In this document: piece by piece, positions 60,379 to 64,000 of the stretch
Position numbering within the stretch: the first letter of the stretch is position 1
How the letters are laid out: each line of letters starts with the position of its first letter
Origin: a virus
Strand: one strand, 5' to 3'
Length of the DNA stretch: 64,000 nucleotides
Virus record (IMG/VR): IMGVR_UViG_3300027759_000051
Position numbers and translations under genes: made by a program
The notes under the pieces: model-generated
What the model was told of the DNA's origin: nothing
The model's database searches: none
What the model saw: only the letters and a program-made list of their open reading frames with translations

Positions 60379-60645
60379 ATGCTAAAAGATGTTTTAAAAA
60401 CTATTTCAGTTGGACGTTCTCCAAAATTGTGCAAATTAGGAGAAATATATAAATCAATGGATGAGGAAACACAAGAAGCTTTAAGCGATGCTCTCAAGAG
60501 TGAAGCAACAACAATGGATATATGTAGAGCATTAAAGGGCGAAGGGATATCTCTTGGAAGAGAGTTCCTCGGATCTAAAAGGCTTTGCTTTAAAAACGCA
60601 GACCCTACGTGCTGCCTATCTTCAACCCAGGAGGAAGTAAAATGA
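60379..60645 (+). CDS. Small HTH-like protein preceding the phosphoesterase
   Basis: C.LG...ALSDAL...ICRALKGEGI; ATGA-coupled to the next gene. Confidence 0.6.
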   Translation: MLKDVLKTISVGRSPKLCKLGEIYKSMDEETQEALSDALKSEATTMDICRALKGEGISLGREFLGSKRLCFKNADPTCCLSSTQEEVK

Positions 60646-61820
60646 CAAAGCCCAATCTTAAGGACAATTTAAAGAAGATTGTCACTAACGAAGCAAATGT
60701 TGAACAAAAACAAAAAATGCTTGGAGCGATAGCAGACCTCCTTGAGAGAAAGAATATTGATGTTGCCGACATAGGCGATATCAAAAGAGTCTCGATCTAC
60801 CAGTCTTTAATCAAGGACGAGAACGGCGATGCACAGGTTCATGACCTTGCAGCCATACAATTTGCACCTTCATGGGACGAGGGTCCAAAGTGGCCAGTAG
60901 TACAACAAGGTCCACAAATACAGTTACAAAAGACAACGACAAAACCACAGAAGCCAACTACCTTCAAAACCGCAGTTATTCCCCCTGATATACAAATTGG
61001 GTATTTCAGAAATAGAGAAGGAAATCTAGAAGCTACGCACGATGAAAAAGCTTTAGACATCTGTCTTGCCATGATAAAAGATATACAGCCAGAAATCGTA
61101 GTTCTGGTTGGTGACAACTTAGATCTCCCAGAGATGGGTAAATACGTAACCTATCCTGCTTATGCCCAAACAACTCAAGCTTCCATAGATAGGGCAACCA
61201 TGTTCTGCGCTCAGTTGAGAGCCGCTGCTCCTCATGCAAAGATCATCTGGCTTGCTGGAAACCACGAAGAAAGAATGCCTAAGTACCTAGTTCAGAATGC
61301 TGGAGCGGCATACGGACTCAGGAAAGGTAACACTCCAGAATCATGGCCAGTTCTTTCTGTCCCATATTTGTGCCGAATGAACGAATACGGCATTGAATAC
61401 AAGCCGGGGTATCCAGCCGCCGACTTCTGGATTAATAAAAAATTGCGAATTATTCACGGTGACCGTGTTAAATCCGGTGGATCAACTGCTCACGTTTATT
61501 TGAATAATGAAAAAACGTCAGTGATATACGGACATATCCACAGGATAGAGACGGCATTCAAGACTAGGGAAGACTTTGATGGCCCAAGAACCATTATGGC
61601 TGCTTCGCCGGGCTGTCTTGCTCGCATTGATGGAGCCATTCCAAGTACGAGAGGTGGTGTTGACCTAGACGGGCGCCCATTAACTCGCCACGAAAACTGG
61701 CAGCAAGGCGTCGGTGTGGTTATGTATGAGGATGACAACGAGCACAAGTTCTCCTATGAAGTCGCTCCGATATATGACGGTTGGTCAATGTTCAGAGGAA
61801 AAGAGTACAAGGCTAAGTAA
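60642..61820 (+). CDS. Calcineurin-like metallophosphoesterase
   Basis: PDIQ, GDNLD, GNHE, IHG, GHIHR; start ATG 60642 after GGAGG. Confidence 0.88.
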   Translation: MTKPNLKDNLKKIVTNEANVEQKQKMLGAIADLLERKNIDVADIGDIKRVSIYQSLIKDENGDAQVHDLAAIQFAPSWDEGPKWPVVQQGPQIQLQKTTTKPQKPTTFKTAVIPPDIQIGYFRNREGNLEATHDEKALDICLAMIKDIQPEIVVLVGDNLDLPEMGKYVTYPAYAQTTQASIDRATMFCAQLRAAAPHAKIIWLAGNHEERMPKYLVQNAGAAYGLRKGNTPESWPVLSVPYLCRMNEYGIEYKPGYPAADFWINKKLRIIHGDRVKSGGSTAHVYLNNEKTSVIYGHIHRIETAFKTREDFDGPRTIMAASPGCLARIDGAIPSTRGGVDLDGRPLTRHENWQQGVGVVMYEDDNEHKFSYEVAPIYDGWSMFRGKEYKAK

Positions 61821-62455
61821 TGACTACCATTGTTGGCTATCAGGGCGATGATTTTGCTGTCATATCTGTTGACACTAGAATCTCCTCTATAGACGACAGT
61901 GGAAGCACGTACCAGATATCCACTCTTGGGCCTGGGTGTACGAAAGTATCCCAGAACGGCAAGTATCTACTGGGTGCTGCTGGAGATATGCGGGCGATAA
62001 ATATCCTGCATCACGTATTTCAGCCCCCCAGTCCACCCCCTTCCCTAAGAGGAAGGAAGCTGGATGCCTTCATAACCCAGAAGTTCATACCATCTCTCAT
62101 CGAGTGCTTTGATTCAACGGGGTATTCTCCTCCTGAAAAAGACTCAAGCGAACACAAGTCCGAACAAGGTTCAACGATTCTGGCGGTAATAAATGCGACG
62201 ATATACATTATTGAGAACGACTACGCGTGGATGTCGGAAGCTTCTGGCTTATATGCAACGGGCACTGGTTCGGCTTATGCTTTGGGAGCCCTCCAAACAA
62301 TAACGGGCGGTAAGCAGACACTTACGGCTCAACAGGCCAAAAGAGCATGCCTCAAGGCGTTGGGGATTGCATCTAAGTACGACTCCTACACTGGAGCTCC
62401 ATTCCAGACATTCATTCAAGAGACAGAGAAGACTTCCCCTATACCTAAGAAGTAG
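61820..62455 (+). CDS. HslV/proteasome-beta-like Ntn protease
   Basis: MTTIVG (Thr nucleophile), DTR, KV, GAAGD, ATGTGSAYALGAL, D.YTG. Confidence 0.85.
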   Translation: MTTIVGYQGDDFAVISVDTRISSIDDSGSTYQISTLGPGCTKVSQNGKYLLGAAGDMRAINILHHVFQPPSPPPSLRGRKLDAFITQKFIPSLIECFDSTGYSPPEKDSSEHKSEQGSTILAVINATIYIIENDYAWMSEASGLYATGTGSAYALGALQTITGGKQTLTAQQAKRACLKALGIASKYDSYTGAPFQTFIQETEKTSPIPKK

Positions 62456-62504
62456 TCCTGGTCTCTATTGTTTAGATAGATTTATCCGAAATGGAAAGAC
62501 TTAA

Positions 62505-62744
62505 ATGAGTGACTCAGCATGGACATGGCTGCTATTCCTTATGGAGATCATCGGTGTTACTGGGATGTTCTTTATTGGGAGAATGAAGTGGTGGGGGTGG
62601 GGAATAGTCCTAGCTCACAGCATTCCATGGTTCGTCTACAGCATTACCCACAATAAGCCTGGATTCATAGCGATGTCCCTTATGTGGTGGTGTACCAATT
62701 TCTACAATATGCAGAAGTGGCGTAAGGCTAATAACCCTAAATAG
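62505..62744 (+). CDS. PnuC-like small membrane protein
   Basis: Three TM-like segments, KWWGW, WFVYS, NMQKW. Confidence 0.6.
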   Translation: MSDSAWTWLLFLMEIIGVTGMFFIGRMKWWGWGIVLAHSIPWFVYSITHNKPGFIAMSLMWWCTNFYNMQKWRKANNPK

Positions 62745-62929
62745 AGGGATAAAGGAATAAGCGTTATGGAAAAGCGCCCATTAATTTGCGACCACGCTTC
62801 CGAATAGATAGTAATCACAGAGGAGTACTTAGAGGTAATAGTAAGAGTAATCCATTAGAGAGACTACCTGATGTGTTTAGATTAAACCACCTACAAAAAA
62901 TTGTTTTAAAGTAGGAAGCAGGCACAATA

Positions 62930-63262
62930 ATGGGTAAACAAAATAGTCAAAATAAAATACCCCAATTACCAGATAATTTGTATATTGGCAAAAAGGACTG
63001 GTTTGAACATGCTTCCTGTAAAAATCTTACCCATCTAATGTTCCCCAAAGAACATAAGGATATTACTTATATTGCAGAAGCCAGAAGGATCTGTTCGCGT
63101 TGTCCTGTTAAGGCACAGTGTTTAGAGTATGCCCTTGAGTTTCCACCTGCAGATATGCATGGTGTGTGGGCTGGTTTAACAAGCAGGCAGTTAGCAGCAG
63201 AGCAGAGAAAACGGGGAGTTAAGCCTATTAGACCGACACTTGCTCAGATGTGGGGAAGCTAG
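62930..63262 (+). CDS. whiB: WhiB-family transcription factor
   Basis: ASC...FP...ARRICSRCPVKAQCLEYAL...GVWAGLT. Confidence 0.93.
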   Translation: MGKQNSQNKIPQLPDNLYIGKKDWFEHASCKNLTHLMFPKEHKDITYIAEARRICSRCPVKAQCLEYALEFPPADMHGVWAGLTSRQLAAEQRKRGVKPIRPTLAQMWGS

Positions 63263-63603
63263 TTAACACGAAGGTTGCAGGTCTTACAGATACTAATGTC
63301 AGAGATGTCCTCGAGATTCATATCGCATGACATCTGACCGCATGGAGTAAGGATTTTCTCACCTCTCATGTAGGCGGCTATCGTCTCTTCCATCGTAGGG
63401 AGAGAGAACTGAGAAGGCCCTGGAGACGGTAAGCCCTTCTGATTCCTGATGAAATCAAGGATCGCATATATCGCCAACTGATTAACGGATAACCCTTGCG
63501 CTTTCGCATAATCAATTATCTCATTCTTTTGACTACCCAAAAGACGCAAGTGTATTTCCGAATACCTATTAGGGAACCTTGACTTCTCATACTTTCTTAC
63601 CAT
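63259..63603 (-). CDS. Ribbon-helix-helix protein with C-terminal Cys cluster
   Basis: IHLRL...KNEIIDYAKAQGLSVNQL; PCG..SC...CKTC. Confidence 0.7.
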   Translation of the reverse strand: MVRKYEKSRFPNRYSEIHLRLLGSQKNEIIDYAKAQGLSVNQLAIYAILDFIRNQKGLPSPGPSQFSLPTMEETIAAYMRGEKILTPCGQMSCDMNLEDISDISICKTCNLRVN

Positions 63604-63606
63604 TAA

Positions 63607-63777
63607 TTAGTCAACAGTATCCCGCTCAACTAAAGCAATCAGGTAGTCGGTGAGGGTGAGATCTACAGCCTCGGACTGAGTGATTAACTTCTGCTTGAAC
63701 TCACGAGATACTCGTAGGGTGAGGGTAGAGAAAGGCTTATCAGAAAGACTTACTGGGCGACCTGGATTTCGTTTCAT
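63607..63777 (-). CDS. Small ribbon-helix-helix protein
   Basis: Not in ORF track. MKRNPGRPVSLSDKPFSTLTLRVSREFKQKLITQSEAVDLTLTDYLIALVERDTVD; SD AAGGAG. Confidence 0.75.
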   Translation of the reverse strand: MKRNPGRPVSLSDKPFSTLTLRVSREFKQKLITQSEAVDLTLTDYLIALVERDTVD

Positions 63778-64000
63778 ATTTACTCCTTGTGTTGGTTTAC
63801 TTATACTAGTTGATTGATGTGGGTTGATTGCTGTTTGCTGACATAGATATTGCTGTTTGTGAACATAGATAGGGAAAAAGGCTAGAAAGCTTGTCCTTGT
63901 CCGTCTTTTTTCAAAATCTTGTACTTTTGTTTTTGTAATTCATTGACGACATCGTTGTAAACGCGCACGAATACTTCTCTATCCCCATTAGTGTGCATCT

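Noticed and set aside
62745-62929. Purine-rich intergenic region as origin or ncRNA
   Set aside because: No iterons or convincing stems visible.

Overview
This 64 kb window is part of a contractile-tailed (myovirus-type) phage genome. The host is most likely an Actinomycetota member, possibly a freshwater Acidimicrobiia lineage. That is inferred from WhiB, an LPxTG surface protein, leaderless gene starts and an actinophage-type RuvC. Gene order from left to right: prohead protease (runs off the left edge, missing from the ORF track) and portal on the minus strand; a divergently transcribed large terminase; a recombination block (Sak/Rad52, RecB/Cas4-like nuclease, HNH, a structured non-coding island, RuvC); a ParB + PAPS-reductase-like (IbrA) + ParB (IbrB) triad; neck, sheath, tube, frameshifted chaperone, tape measure and baseplate. 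Next comes about 25 kb of fibre/adhesin cassettes with Gly-, Cys- or His-rich tips and Gly-X-Thr collagen stalks. These are interleaved with tailoring enzymes: a flavin halogenase, a 2OG-Fe(II) oxygenase, four intact glycosyltransferases, three methyltransferases and an NDP-sugar epimerase. The window ends with a lysis region carrying two host-type cell-surface proteins and a regulatory/host-takeover block (metallophosphoesterase, HslV/proteasome-beta-like protein, PnuC-like protein, WhiB, RHH pair). The strongest candidate for an undescribed system is a virion-tailoring operon in which a His/Tyr-rich fibre protein is followed on the same strand by an oxygenase, a halogenase, a methyltransferase and a glycosyltransferase. 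No tRNA, CRISPR array, integrase or major capsid gene was recognised. All family calls come from reading motifs by eye, not from database searches.
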